From the NCBI RefSeq assembly GCF_009834535.1, contig NC_045696.1, positions 20,586,001 to 20,650,000 of the forward strand: 64,000 nucleotides of DNA, written 5' to 3'. This stretch comes from Camelus ferus. Taxonomy: Eukaryota. Position 1 is the stretch's first letter. Each line of letters begins with the position of its first letter. Below the pieces are notes generated by a model, which was not told the DNA's origin, ran no database searches, and saw nothing but the letters and a program-made list of their open reading frames with translations. This document shows positions 27,230-39,334 of this stretch, one piece after another. Position numbers and translations under genes: made by a program.

Positions 27230-27550
27230 TCCCACGTTCTTCATGTAGTTTAATGTTTTAAATTTCCAAATCAGGCGTTGCTTACTTTATGAAGACTTCT
27301 TACACCCTCTAATCTCTTATTAATCCTGGCTGAGACAATCACTTCCTCAGCTAGACAACTTCTCCATTGTAATTATTTGGTTCCACGTTTACCTCGTCTA
27401 CAAAATAATGTTGCTACATAGATAAGAAAATAAAAAGTCATTTCTCTTGGTCTTTATTCTTACCCGCCTAGCACAGTATTTTACAAGTAACTGGGTGTCA
27501 AAAAAGTATTTATTTTATAGATGAAAAAATCAATGATTGCATGAATAAAG
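27230..27550 (+). mobile_element. L2 LINE 3' fragment
   Basis: cctagcacagtatt...tcaaaaaagtatttattttatagatg...atgaataaa. Confidence 0.55.
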
Positions 27551-27623
27551 GTTATTTGATACTGATATGTAATATGTCGGTTGCATGAAAGTGTAATAAG
27601 GTGCTTATATTAATATTTCATAA

Positions 27624-27669
27624 AGATACCCAATAAATTAATAATCAGATACCCAATAAATTAATAATC
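27624..27669. repeat. Perfect 23-bp tandem duplication
   Basis: agatacccaataaattaataatc x2. Confidence 0.95.
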
Positions 27670-28945
27670 TATTCAAAAAGAAATAAATTATCTATTTTTG
27701 AAGAAGGATGTAGAAGGAAACTGGACCAGAAGCCAGACAACTTGGACTTTCATTCTTGTTTTATCACTTAAGAACTCTTGAGTCCTCATTTCCTTCAGCT
27801 TTAAAGTCAACGTATGTTATGCCTGCAGGTTATCTACAAATGTCCTTTAAATACACGTTGTAAATTTCCCTCAAGCACTGAAAACACCTAATTAAAATTT
27901 CAACAAACAGATTCAAGTCCTCTGATTACAAGGGAGCATGATATTTCTAGAGTGAAGATGCTATTTTAATAGCATGCCATATGCTAGAAAATACATTTAA
28001 AGTGTTAAGATTCAGAAAATTAGGTATGTTTACCTCAGTAATTCATTTTAATAATATCAAAAATACTATTATTAGCAAACTTAGCCCATTAAGATGAATT
28101 GTCTTAAAAGACTATGGAGAAAGGAGTGACTTTTTTTTTCCTTTCCCCTCTTTGTTGCAAACATTAATTCGAAACATGGGTATAATGTGTATACCCAACA
28201 GCCACATAACCATAGGTTCAAAGATCTCATAAAACCTTACTGATGAATCATAACAGGTTCTAACAAACTGTTACAGCCTAGTGGGCCAAAACATCCTTAA
28301 TATTGATTTGTAAAGCTGTAAGCATTATAAAGAACAAAACATGGTAGAATTTTAAAAATTCTTTATTGGTTTACCTATTAGCTCAAAAATAGTAAATAAC
28401 AAACATTTTTACTAGTGTCTACCTGTATGAAGAGTTTGTATTTCTATACATTACTGAGCAGATACAGCCATTCAAAAAGGGGAGAGTAGGTTGATTTTTA
28501 TAGCAAAAGGAGAAAGTTGAGAAAAGAAAATAATAATTTGAGTTTTAAGTCAACCTCCATAGTTTTAGGTTCATATGTTTTAGAATATATTTTCTTTAGA
28601 TCAAATCTCTGTCTTTGGGGCTCACCAAAGTGCAGCTAAAGGAAAAAAATATATCTTCCATGTATAAGAAAAGGATTCTCATTTTTAAAATTCCAAATTT
28701 ATAACTAGGTTCAAAGATGGAGCTCTTAAATCAGGATATGGTTTTAATTTTAAAAACATAATTCAAAATGTCCTTAACTGTCCTAAGCAAACTTTCTGAT
28801 TCAGATTATAAAAAGGAAAATCGTATTTCCCAAAGACTATAATTTAGCAGCTCTTTTTTTTTGCTGCTAAATAGATATATCTTTTTGAAAACAAGAGAAA
28901 AGTAATCAATCATATATAAGATCATTGGTTTTGAATATTTTATAA

Positions 28946-29277
28946 TTAAAAAAAAGACAAATGAACTTTGCAAAACAGAAACAGACTCTCAGACATAAAG
29001 AAAAAACTTGTGGTTACCAGTGGGGAGGAGGGTTGGAGGGGAGTTAGGATTTACAGACACTAACTGATACAAATAGAATAAACAACAAGTTAATGCTGTA
29101 TAGCACAGGGAATTACATTCGATATTTTGTTGTAACTTATTGTGAAAAGGAATATGAAAATGAATATATGTATGTTCATGTATGACTGAAGCATTGTGCT
29201 GTACACCAGAAATTGACACATTATAAACTGACTATCCTTCAATAAAAATACATACATATAAAAATAAATAAATAAAT
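28946..29277 (+). mobile_element. Young camelid-type L1 3' end
   Basis: aaacagaaacagactctcagacataaag...gactgaagcattgtgctgtacaccagaaattgacacattataaactgactat, aataaa plus A-rich tail. Confidence 0.92.
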
Positions 29278-29819
29278 TTTTGTTTTTACCCTTTTCATTT
29301 TTTTAAGGCTTATGCAGTTGTCCTTGAAAAGTATGTGGCAGGTTTGCCATCTAAGTCACCATGGCCTGGATATAGTAAAAGACAGGTAATTTTTTTCTCT
29401 TAATTCAGTGCTACCTGATATGTACATGTCACTAAATATAATTTGGGAAACACTGTATACCTAAAAAGCTATTAGACTGCCTAATGGTCAGAGAGAATCA
29501 GAACTTTAGGTAATAAAGATAAAAATTTATTTTAATTAGGCATTTTGTATTTTAAGGAGTTATAGTGGGGTATACAGGTAAATTTTTTTTTCAGATTATA
29601 CATGCTTTGTTTTATTAGTTGCATTTGAAGAAAGCTGTTCTTTTGTCATTTTTATCCTTTTGCCCAATGCAGCTTTTGTCATCCAAAAGCAAAAGGTTTT
29701 AAAATAATAATAATAAAGAAGTAAAGGCAAAAAGGTTTCTATTAAAAACATTTAAAATACGTTAAACATAAAATGCGTTTGTTGTTGAGGGCTCTTCCTA
29801 CCAGCCTGCAAGAATTAAA

Positions 29820-32417
29820 CGTATTAGTTTGCTCATGGTGTAAAATAAACTACCCCAAACTTAACACCTTAAAAAGATACACATTATTTTAGCACATAGT
29901 TCTGTTAGATCAGAAGTCTGGCATGATATGGCTGGATTCTCTTCTTAGAATATAGCAGGATTAAAGTCAACGTGTTGGCTGGGCTGAGTTCTTGTCCTGA
30001 GGCTCCAGAGGAAAGTTTGCTTTCATGCCCATTCTTCTCACTGGCATTATCATCTAGGGAGTCAAAAGAAGACACTAACTCTTCTAAGTCAAAATGTTTT
30101 ATACAATGGTCTCTGCATAAATCTGGTATTTTCCCTTCCTTTTGTTGCAGTTAAAACTCTGTTTCCTTGAGGCTACAGGACTGAGGCCCACATATCCTTG
30201 TTACTTGTCACCAGGTGCCACTTACAGCTGCTTGAGGCCTTCCTTATTCCTTGACATGTGGCCCCTCCATCTTTAAGCAGCAATGTTGCTTGGACATCTT
30301 TTTTTTTTTTTAATGAAGTACAGTCAATTACAATGTTTTAATTTCTGGTATACAGCACAATGTTCCAATCATGCTGATACATATATTCGTTTACATATTT
30401 TTTTCAATTAAAGGTTATTACAAGATATTGAACACAGTTCCCTGTGCTATACAGAAGAAACTTTTCTTAAGTGTAACTATTATTAAGTAAAACACCTAGG
30501 TATGATTGAATCTATGACACTAAAGACACAAATAATCTGAGCTGAACATTTCTAATATCCAGAGGAATGACAAGAATAGAATAATATTTTTTGACTTTCT
30601 GGTTCAAAAAGAAGAAAAAAAAGGAATGGTTAAAAAGGGTCAACAGATCAAAGTAGTCTTGAAATCCAGACAGGAACTCAAGATGGATTCCCTTGATTAG
30701 GAGTCAAATTCTGGGAATAATCCTCTATATTATTTGGATCTACCCTCTAAGCTCTTGGCTCTGACACTGGAATTTTGATTGTGCAATCTGAGTCATAAAC
30801 CTTTTTCATAAATGGTGGCAACTTTTTTTTTTTTGTATCTGAATTGTTTTATCAGGCTAGTTACTGGAGGTAGAATTTTGGGGTTTTAATAGCCTTCTTT
30901 TATTTTCTACTTTCTTAGTCCCTGTCAGTCCAAAGCTGCCAGTGTTGTTGCTTATATAATTTTCTCAAACGCCTTATGGGCCTTTGTGGATTTCACTAGT
31001 TTTCATTAGTAGAACAAAGCCATGTTTATAAATCTGAGATAATCCCTCTGGTTTCTACTGATGTGAATTAGGGACAATTCCCTTAAATCTCGTAGATGCC
31101 CTATGGTTAATCATGAATCTCTTGATGTATTTTTTCTGTTTTTCTTTTCCACCTGGAGTCAGATCCTTAGCATTTTCTCTCTATGCAATGTTTCCAGAAG
31201 CAATTTAGGAATATCAGCATCTTTGCTATTTGGATAGACTGAGAATTTCCCAATTCACCAAGGCCTCTTTCATTTTGTTTAAAAGATTTTCCCTCAATTT
31301 ACCTCTTCCTCTTGCATTTTACTAAAAAAGATAGAGAAAATCAGGGTACATCTTCAAAATGTTGCTTAGAAATCTTCTTAGCCATATACCCAGTTAGATC
31401 ACTTACAATTTCTGCTTTACCCTTACCTATAGGACATGATTTTGCTAAATTTTCTGCCACCACAAAACAAGAATCATCTTTCAGTTTCCAACATTGTTTT
31501 TAACTTCCCTTGGAGTCTTCTTCAACAGCGTTTATAAAGTTCACATTTCTACTAACATTCTGTTTATGGTGATGTAGGCTTTCTCTAGGGTTATTTAGAA
31601 TTTTTTTTATAATGCTGTTTATTTTCTATGAATCTTCAACTATAGCATCTTTATATTTTATATTTTTACTAATAATCTGCTCAAGAAAATCTAGGCTTTT
31701 TCTACCATGCTGTCTCAAATTCTTCTGGCCTTTCTCCCACTGCCCAATTCCAAAGCCGCTTACATTTCAGGGTTGAGTTAAGGCAGCATCCTACTTTAGG
31801 TACCAACATCTGTATTAAATTCCTATTGTTTCTTAATAAACTACCACAGGCTTACTGGCTTAGAAAACACCCATTTATTAACTCACAGTTCTATAAATCA
31901 GCAGTCTGGCACAGCATGACTGGATTCTTCACTCAGACTACAACAGGGCTGAAATCAAGTTGTTGGACAAGCTCAGTTTTCTTCTGGAAGCACTTGTAAA
32001 TAATCTTCCAAAATTAATTTTGTTTTTGGCAGAATTCACTTCCTTATAGTCATAGGACTGAGATCTCAATTTCCTTGGTAACTGTCAGCTGGGGGCTGCT
32101 CTCAATTAGTTGATGTTACCTGCATTCCCAGTTAGGTGGTCCCTCCCATCTTCAAGTGTGCCACATTACATGAAATCCCTTTTTGTGCTTCAAATCTATG
32201 ACTTTTCCTTCTTCAGTCAGCCTAAGACTCTCTACTTTTAAAAGGCATATGTGGTTAGGTCAGGCCACCCAGACAATCTCTTTATTGTAAATTTAACTGT
32301 ATCCTATAAATAACCTAATTACAGAACTAAAATCCATAACACTTACAGAGCAGGGAATTATGGAGGTCATTACTATCAGAAAATCGGGCAGCCATCTCAG
32401 AATTCTGCTTACGGCAC
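29820..32417 (-). mobile_element. MaLR provirus remnant: partial 3' LTR (29820-30297), MLT1 internal (~30470-31810), 5' LTR (31811-32417); MLT1E-like
   Basis: Two related LTR copies starting (t)gtatta...aaactacc...cttaa...cagaagtctggca / cagcagtctggca. Internal/LTR junction taggtaccaacatc|tgtatt. Right LTR ends ccatctcagaattctgcttacggca. Confidence 0.85.
30299..30470 (-). mobile_element. Young camelid-type L1 3' end inserted in the MaLR
   Basis: poly(T), then aatgaagtacagtcaattacaatg...aatttctggtatacagcacaatg...gttccctgtgctatacagaagaaac. No TSD seen. Confidence 0.9.
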
Positions 32418-33139
32418 CAAGTTGTTACATTTTAAGGAAATATATGAGCTATTGATGTCACTTTGATGGCTTATCTCTGCCATTGTGATAGTACTTATAC
32501 TGTAGATGTTGGCAGCACCTAAAAACCCAGGCTTTTTTTTTTCTTGATTATTGTCTTGTTGAATTTGTGTGTGGCTATAGAGAGTTTACTTGCACAGCAT
32601 CACTTCATGTATGTATGCGATAACTCTATTCATCTATATCCATTTATAATAGATAAATGCATATATACAACAGATAAACACATAGATAATAGACTGAAAT
32701 AGATGTACAGATAGAAAAGGAGGAAAAATACTATACACCACTCCTTTTACTAGATTCACCGAATGCAACATTTTGTCACACTTGTTTTCTTTCTTGCTTG
32801 CTTTCTCATATGTACACATATGCATATTATTATTACAATTCAACAAGAAAGGGTTCTTCCTTTTTTTCCCTCCACCACTTATGTGTATGTTTTCCTTTGA
32901 TTGCAAAAACGCTGACTCCTACAATATCAGAACATTTAATAATTTTTCAATTCTGTAACACACACATGAACACAAAAACAGCTTCAGAATATCTATGCCC
33001 ATATCACAACAAACAAAGGTACTCAGTAAAATTCAAAATTAGTATACCATTCCTTTTTTTTATTTGACCAAGGATATATAAGCAAAGTACTGAGTTTAAA
33101 TTAATTTAGATGCTTTATATGGTTATTTATTTACAATAC

Positions 33140-33790
33140 AGTTTAATTTGTTTATGTCTGTATTCTATTTGAGCAATTTTTTTCTTCATCCTTGTCAAAT
33201 TTCATTTTTCAATATATGAAAATTAACATGGTTATAAAAGTGAAAATTATAAAAAATATATATACTGAGCAGATTATCATGCCCTCTCCCACGCCATCCT
33301 CTCTGTTCCCATTCATCTACTCCTTTACATATTTCATAACTTCCTGATTATTTTTTGTTTTTTACAATTACTCAAAAGCACAAAACTATTTATGCTTTTT
33401 TTGTTTTGTTTAGTTAATATATCCTAAAAAATCACTCTATATCTGTTCACTGTTTATTCAACCATAATTTATCTAACCAATTTCCTATGTGGGCAAGTAA
33501 TGTTTTTATTTTCTCTACATTTTGTAATAATAAACATGACAAAGTTAATATCATACATATGTATTTTTGTCATTTATGAGGTTTACTATCTTGGTATATT
33601 TGTAAGACTGCTGAATTGAAGAGTAAAGGCATAGATACTAATGATACTGTCTAATTTCCCTCCAGGAGAGATTCTATCATTTTGCACTGCCACAAGCAAT
33701 GTGTCAGAATGTCTATTTTCTCACAACACTGATAACAAAGGTGTTGTCAAGCTTTCAAATTGTTGCCAAACTAATAAGCTAATAATATGT
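33140..33790 (-). mobile_element. Old L1ME 3' region
   Basis: ccataatttatctaaccaatttcctatgtgggca...tctatcattttgcactgccacaagcaatgtgtcagaatgtctattttctcacaacac. Confidence 0.7.
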
Positions 33791-34134
33791 ATTTGTGATT
33801 AATCTACATAATCTATGTAATACAATGCTTTAGCATTTATATGCACTCCACAAATATTAAAAATTAAGACATAAAAATAAACTCATTCTAAAGAAATATG
33901 CATGCATACATATTGCTCATTTGGAACAAACATCATATAAAAACTTTAGGCTAGATGTTGATTAATTAGGCATGTAAATGTAATTTTAACATGACCTTTT
34001 TCATCAGAGAAATATTACAGGCAATATACTTCCCGTTCCATAGACAATTAGTATATGATGGTCAATGACCGAGTATATGAAATTTGTTGGAGAATGCAAA
34101 TGTAGAAACCGTACATACCCAGTCACTGACAAAC

Positions 34135-34490
34135 GTGTGTTTGTGTGGTGAGTGTGTGTGTGGTGTGTGTGTGTGGCATGTGTGGTGTGTGTGTGTGGTG
34201 TGTGTGTGTGTGTGCGGTGTGTGTGGTGTGTGTACATATATAGGGGAACTTGCCCCATTTTTCTTCCTGTCTGATTGCTTAACCTAGGATATTGTTCCTC
34301 TGCCCCCGGTGCTCCTGTTCTCAGGCCTTCTATTTGGACTGTATTACATACACCACTGTCTTTCCCAGATCTTCAGCTTACAGATGGCAGGTTGTAGGAC
34401 TTCTCTGCCTCCATAATTTCAATTCTGCTAAATCTTTTCCTATAATACCTCTTATTGATTCTATTTCTGTGGAGAATCCTGCCTAGTACA
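34135..34490 (+). mobile_element. MLT2 (ERVL) LTR 3' part with a TG-rich low-complexity tract (34135-34235)
   Basis: tctcaggccttc...cagcttacagatggcaggttgtaggacttctctgcctccataat...ttctgtggagaatcctgcctagtaca. Confidence 0.85.
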
Positions 34491-34810
34491 GCCTCCTAAG
34501 ACTGTGGCCACCAGTAGATTCTTATTTTCAAACTAGCTCACAGTTCATTTTCCAGAAATTTATCAAAATTTTCTATAACTAGATGGTTCCAGCAGCTTCT
34601 GCTCCAGGCACTCTGATCTTGGCAGGATCTCTCTGAATGCTCCAAATTTGAAAAGCCAGATTTTGGGGTAGTTGTTTGCCCTGTAAACTTGATTCTCTGA
34701 AGGATTCAAGAAAAATATTTATTTTCAATTTATTCAGCTTTTTATTCTTTTAATGTTGAGAGTGATGTGTTCCAAAATCTTTATATAATAAAGGTGAACC
34801 TGGAAGTCTC
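34491..34810 (-). mobile_element. Old L1M 5' end
   Basis: cagcttctgctccagg...gtttgccctgtaaacttgattctctgaaggattcaagaa...ttcagcttttt...aacctggaagtc. Confidence 0.7.
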
Positions 34811-35739
34811 ATTATATTTCTTAAAAGTTTATTAGAGCTCTGTTCAAAGACTACAAATGTATTATCTCAGTGAATGACTACAAACTTATTATATTTGTGT
34901 AAACATGACCTAGACAGTTATAGAATATGAACAGTACCCCAGAAGTGGCCCCATGTCACCCTCCTAATCACTATGCCATCCTTTCTCTTTTTACTATTTA
35001 ATGGCAGTTTATTTTCCCCTCAGTTTTTAATCCATTTCAATACTGCTGATCATTCTTGAATATGTTATTCTTTACACATATACACACATATACTATGGCA
35101 TTATTTAGTAGTATGATTTCTAGGTCAGTTACATTAAATATTTTAATAGATAGTACCAATCAGCATTCCAAAGCAGCTGTACAAATTTACACACATTAAT
35201 ACATTTCATTGAATGCATTATATGGATTGAAAACAATTAACTTCTTTTGGTATACAGGGATGATAGAAATCATATGTAAGTTCATTCAGTATATTATTCA
35301 AGGTTTTACTGAGTCAAATTTTAGTATCTCTTACTGAGGATTTGTCATTTAAGAATCGATAACCATCTGCTATTATGCTTCCATGAAGTTGCTGGAATGT
35401 TGTGAAAAAAATTGTGATTTTAAGTCATTAACACATTCCCTTATCTATTATTTATCCTTGGTTATGAATCATTATTTTCTTCTAATTAAGTTAACTATGA
35501 TGCACACCACTTCTATCATAGCATATGTTACGTAAAACATAGTTTCCTACTGGTATTATTAGGTTTAAAATCCTATTATGAGCACTATCATAGTTGTTTT
35601 ACTTATTCTGGCATGCCTGCAGGCTGAGGTTAACCTCTTCAATTTAAATACTTCTACAACAATAGATATATGTACATATATATATCTGTATTATACATAT
35701 TATAGATATAGATATATGTCTATACATGTGAGTGTAAGT

Positions 35740-36835
35740 GTCTGAGCAAGATGGCCCTGTGAGTGAGAGTGCCGCCGGCTCCCAGTGCTGGGCCGTGGTG
35801 CTGCTGCTTGCTCCCTGTAAGCTGGGGGGTCTCCAAGAAGGACCACATTGCCTGTGTACCACCAGCCAGAAGCCTGGGCCACCTGGAGGCTGCAGCAAAG
35901 GCCTCGGGTCTCACCCACCTCCCCCCTCAGCTCAGTCTAGTCTGCAGCTGTGTAGGGGTGGGCCTGTGTAGCAGGGATCCACACTGGGCAAAGGCCCCGG
36001 CTGAACACAGAGAGAGGAGGGTTTGAGGGAGCAGGACAGCCCTTGAGAACAGCCTCTAGAATGGGCTCTGACGAGTAGCCCAGATGTTCTTCCAGAATCA
36101 CCACGTGTGCCCCATGGTCTGCATCCTGACTTAGCTGACCGCAGACTTGGAGGATGGAGGATGAAGGACTCTGTGCCAGAGTATTGGCCAGAGAAAGGCC
36201 CAAGGGTGCCCACTTACTGTGGGCCTGAACCTTTGAGTCCAGCCATGCCTCTGTCACCCTGAGCCCTCTGGAGCTGAAGTTCAGACAGACAGCCTGTGCG
36301 GACAGCGACTGGGAAGGTAGGCTTTCTCGGCATGTGAGGGCCCCAGGCATCATCTGTGACTTTCTTCTTTCTCCTGCCTATAGTGACTACCAAGTGCAAA
36401 AGTAGCTTGGAGTTGTGTCCACTGGCCTCTGAGGACCTCCAGACCCTTGGTTACCTGGTCCCAGCCCAGGGCAATGTTCCAGGCCAGCTTTGCTTCCTGT
36501 CCTGGAGGCAGGTGGGCTCTGGGATGGACAGGTGAGTCCCTGAGCTGGAGAATCTGCACCTCCTCCCAGGCTGGATCTGACGTCCTGTGTCCTGAAGGCC
36601 CCCAAAGGATCTTCTGCAAATGTGATTTCAGTGTCCCTGGCCCAATTCTGTAATGAGGTGCTGTGGATGCTTTCGTGGTGGACTGACAGGTGCTGTATCT
36701 CGGTTTTAGCCCCTTTCAAGGGGGTAAGGCCTTGAAAGGTGAGTCCCGTCCTGGGTGGGGGGCCCTCAGTGGTGAGCCTGGTGCTTGAAGCCCCAGCGTG
36801 GGGGCCAGAAGGGGTCCATGTAGGTGGGGGTCAGA
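35740..36835. other. GC-rich, CpG-poor block of unidentified origin
   Basis: Four 60-nt lines counted by hand are 43-67% GC, versus ~30% in the left flank. No repeat family or protein recognised. Confidence 0.8.
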
Positions 36836-36859
36836 ATATGAGAAATAAAGGAATTGTGC

Positions 36860-36994
36860 CCACCTCCTGACAAATCTGCTTCACTGATTCAATTGCTGAT
36901 CTTATTCAGAAACATCCTCACAGCCACAGCCACAAATAACGTTTAATCTGAGCACCCTGTGGCCAGTCAAAATGACACATAAAATTAACTATCA
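36860..36994 (-). mobile_element. MLT2 (ERVL) LTR 5' end fragment
   Basis: Reverse complement begins tgatagttaattttatgtgtcattttgactggccacagggtgctcaga, a typical MLT2 start. Confidence 0.88.
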
Positions 36995-37019
36995 ATGACG
37001 CCCAACTCTGTGATGGGCT

Positions 37020-39250
37020 TTACCCCCAGGAGTCCCACCATGTTCTTAAGACGAAGACCCCAGAAAGATGTGCTCTTGGCTCTAGCAGAGGGAAAAATCA
37101 TCTTGAAATTCTTTCAGAAACTTCTGCACGACAACAGCCCACTTTTCAGTGGAAACACCTTTAGCAGAGTCTTTTCCCACTGAGAGAAGAGTGTCCCACC
37201 AACTGCAGCCCTTTTTCACCCTCCTGTTTTACCTCAAGTGTTAAAAAAAAAGCTGCATCACTGGAGGAAGACTTGTGAGGGTCAGACCCAGAGATGTAGG
37301 CCCATCAACAGACTGAAATTTGATCATAAGATTCTCCCCCAACACATCTTACTACCATACCAGTAGCAGCAGGATAAAATATAATCAATTCTCATTATTT
37401 GCAGATTTTGTACTAGTGAATTCACCTACTTCCTAGAATTTATTTGTAACCCCCAAATCAATACTTGTGAACATTTTGTAATCATGTATAGGTAAGGGCG
37501 GAGTAGTGACAAATTCTAGTTTCTCGGCCTGGATGCCCCAGCTACGACAGAACTAGGAAATACTCTGCGTTCCTGCTTCAGCTCTCATACTATAAATGTG
37601 TTCTTTTTAATAGTCTATTTAGTGCTAAATTAAAAAAAAAATTTTGTGCTGTTTTCAGTGATTTTTCCATTTAAAACAGCCCCCAACTGAAGTGCTGAAA
37701 TACTATCTAGTGTTTCTAAGAGGAAGAAGGATGTGATGTGACTTTCCAAGAAAATGCATGCATTAGATCAGCTTCATCCCAGGCATGAGTTACAGCGCTA
37801 TTTGTTGAGAATTCAACGTAAATGAATCACAATATGGTACCTCCATAAAATGGAGGAGGAATTTCACCCATCTGTGTATAAGGCTGCTCTGGAAAGTGCT
37901 AAAGTAAAATCTAGAGTGTGTGATAAAACTATTGGAAATACCAAAAAAAAAAGCTGCTAGCACAGTAGACAGCAGTGTTGTGAGGCTGAAAGCTAAAGAA
38001 ATTTAGCGTCACGTTACCCAGGGTCAGGAAAGTGCTAAACCCTTCTCAGCTAGTGCTGGCTGGCTTGCAAGTTTCAAAAGGAAATGTGGCATAAAAATGT
38101 TAAACTTAGAGGTGAGGCAGTTTCTGCAGACCAGAGGCTGCAGAAAAACTGTTTAAAAAATGCCTGCTAAAACGTTGTACAGGAGAAGGATTATATAAAA
38201 GAGTAGGTCTTCAACGTTGTGAGACTGGCTGGGTTTTACGGACTGTTGGCAAGTGGACCTATATAACCCAAAGAGCACTTCAGCTGGTGAAAATGTTCTG
38301 ATCAGACTCACAGGAACCTAACCCCATATGTCCCCTAGCAGCAGCAGTTCACTGTTAGTTCATTCAGTGTTCCCAGTGACTTTGTAGAACATAAACTATG
38401 GTGACAAAAATAAGAATGGACTGTATGATAACACTGGATTACAGCTCGAAGGACTGCAAGACACAAACTGTCCCCTGGGAGGAGTGCTCAGGCAAGACCA
38501 AAGGCAAAAAAGCTAAAAGGAGGATGTCAGAGGAATTTGCTGTCTCTGACATCTACAGATACAGTGAATGTTAAACACAGCCCAGCTCTTAGCCAGGTTA
38601 ACACCGATTCATACATTAAATGACCAGCTGGACAACATCAAGGGTTCTAAGATACAAGTGAGAAGGAGAAAAGTAAGAGGAGAAAGAAAAGATACTTGAA
38701 AAATAATAGCTATATTTTTTCCAATTTTAGGAAAAATATAAGACCTCCCCTCTAAAAAAAAATCTCAAACCTGTTAGCAAGCACAAAATTAACACAAAGA
38801 AAAAACACCCAGGAATAGCATAAACATTTTTGAAAAATAGTGTTAAAAAGAGAAATCGTCAATTTTATAACATATCCAAAATCTCAATGATTCCCAAGCA
38901 GAAGAAATATGAATAGAACCACAAGAAACACCATAATCAGATTAAAAAAAAATCCCAATGATTAAAAGTATTAAAAGCAGCCACAGAAAAGTGATACATC
39001 ACATATCGGAATTTCAAAAAAGAATTACAGCCAACTTCTTATCAAACATTATGCATGCCAGAAGACAAGGAAGTGACACTTTAAAGTCATGCGTAAAAAA
39101 TAAACAAGTAAAAATACTAACATTCTATATCAGATAAAATATTTTTTCCAAGAATGGAAGCAAAATGAAATATTTTACAGACAAAAAATGTGAAGGTCAT
39201 TTATCAATAGCAGACTGCAGTTTAACACATGTTAAAGGAATTTTCTCATG
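37020..39250 (+). mobile_element. L1MC-like 5' UTR and ORF1 remnant, split by a Tigger element
   Basis: gacttgtgagggtcagacccagagatgtaggcccatcaacagactga resumes after 38425 as ggattacagctcgaaggactgcaag...tctctgacatctacagatacag. ORF1-like 38640-39250 (aaaagcagccacagaaaag, gccagaagacaaggaagtgacac). Confidence 0.8.
37382..38423 (+). mobile_element. TcMar-Tigger element with MER82-like ends and a transposase remnant
   Basis: Terminal inverted repeats taatcaattctcattatttg / aataagaatggactg with TA flanks. Internal translation FSASAGWLASFKRKCGIK from 38043, then VKLRGEAVSADQ and a degraded QVFN..ETG; stops and frameshifts. Confidence 0.88.
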
Positions 39251-39334
39251 TAGAAACTCAGTTTTAGAAAGTGGTATTTTGTAAGCTTGTACAGAGTCTG
39301 TGATTCTAAAATAGGAACACAAAGTAACTAATTA

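Noticed and set aside
35644..36719. Dense overlapping ORFs (up to 138 aa) suggesting a gene
   Set aside because: Expected from stop-codon scarcity in GC-rich DNA; they occur on both strands and none resembles a protein I recognise.
35740..36835. CpG-island promoter
   Set aside because: GC-rich but clearly CpG-depleted.
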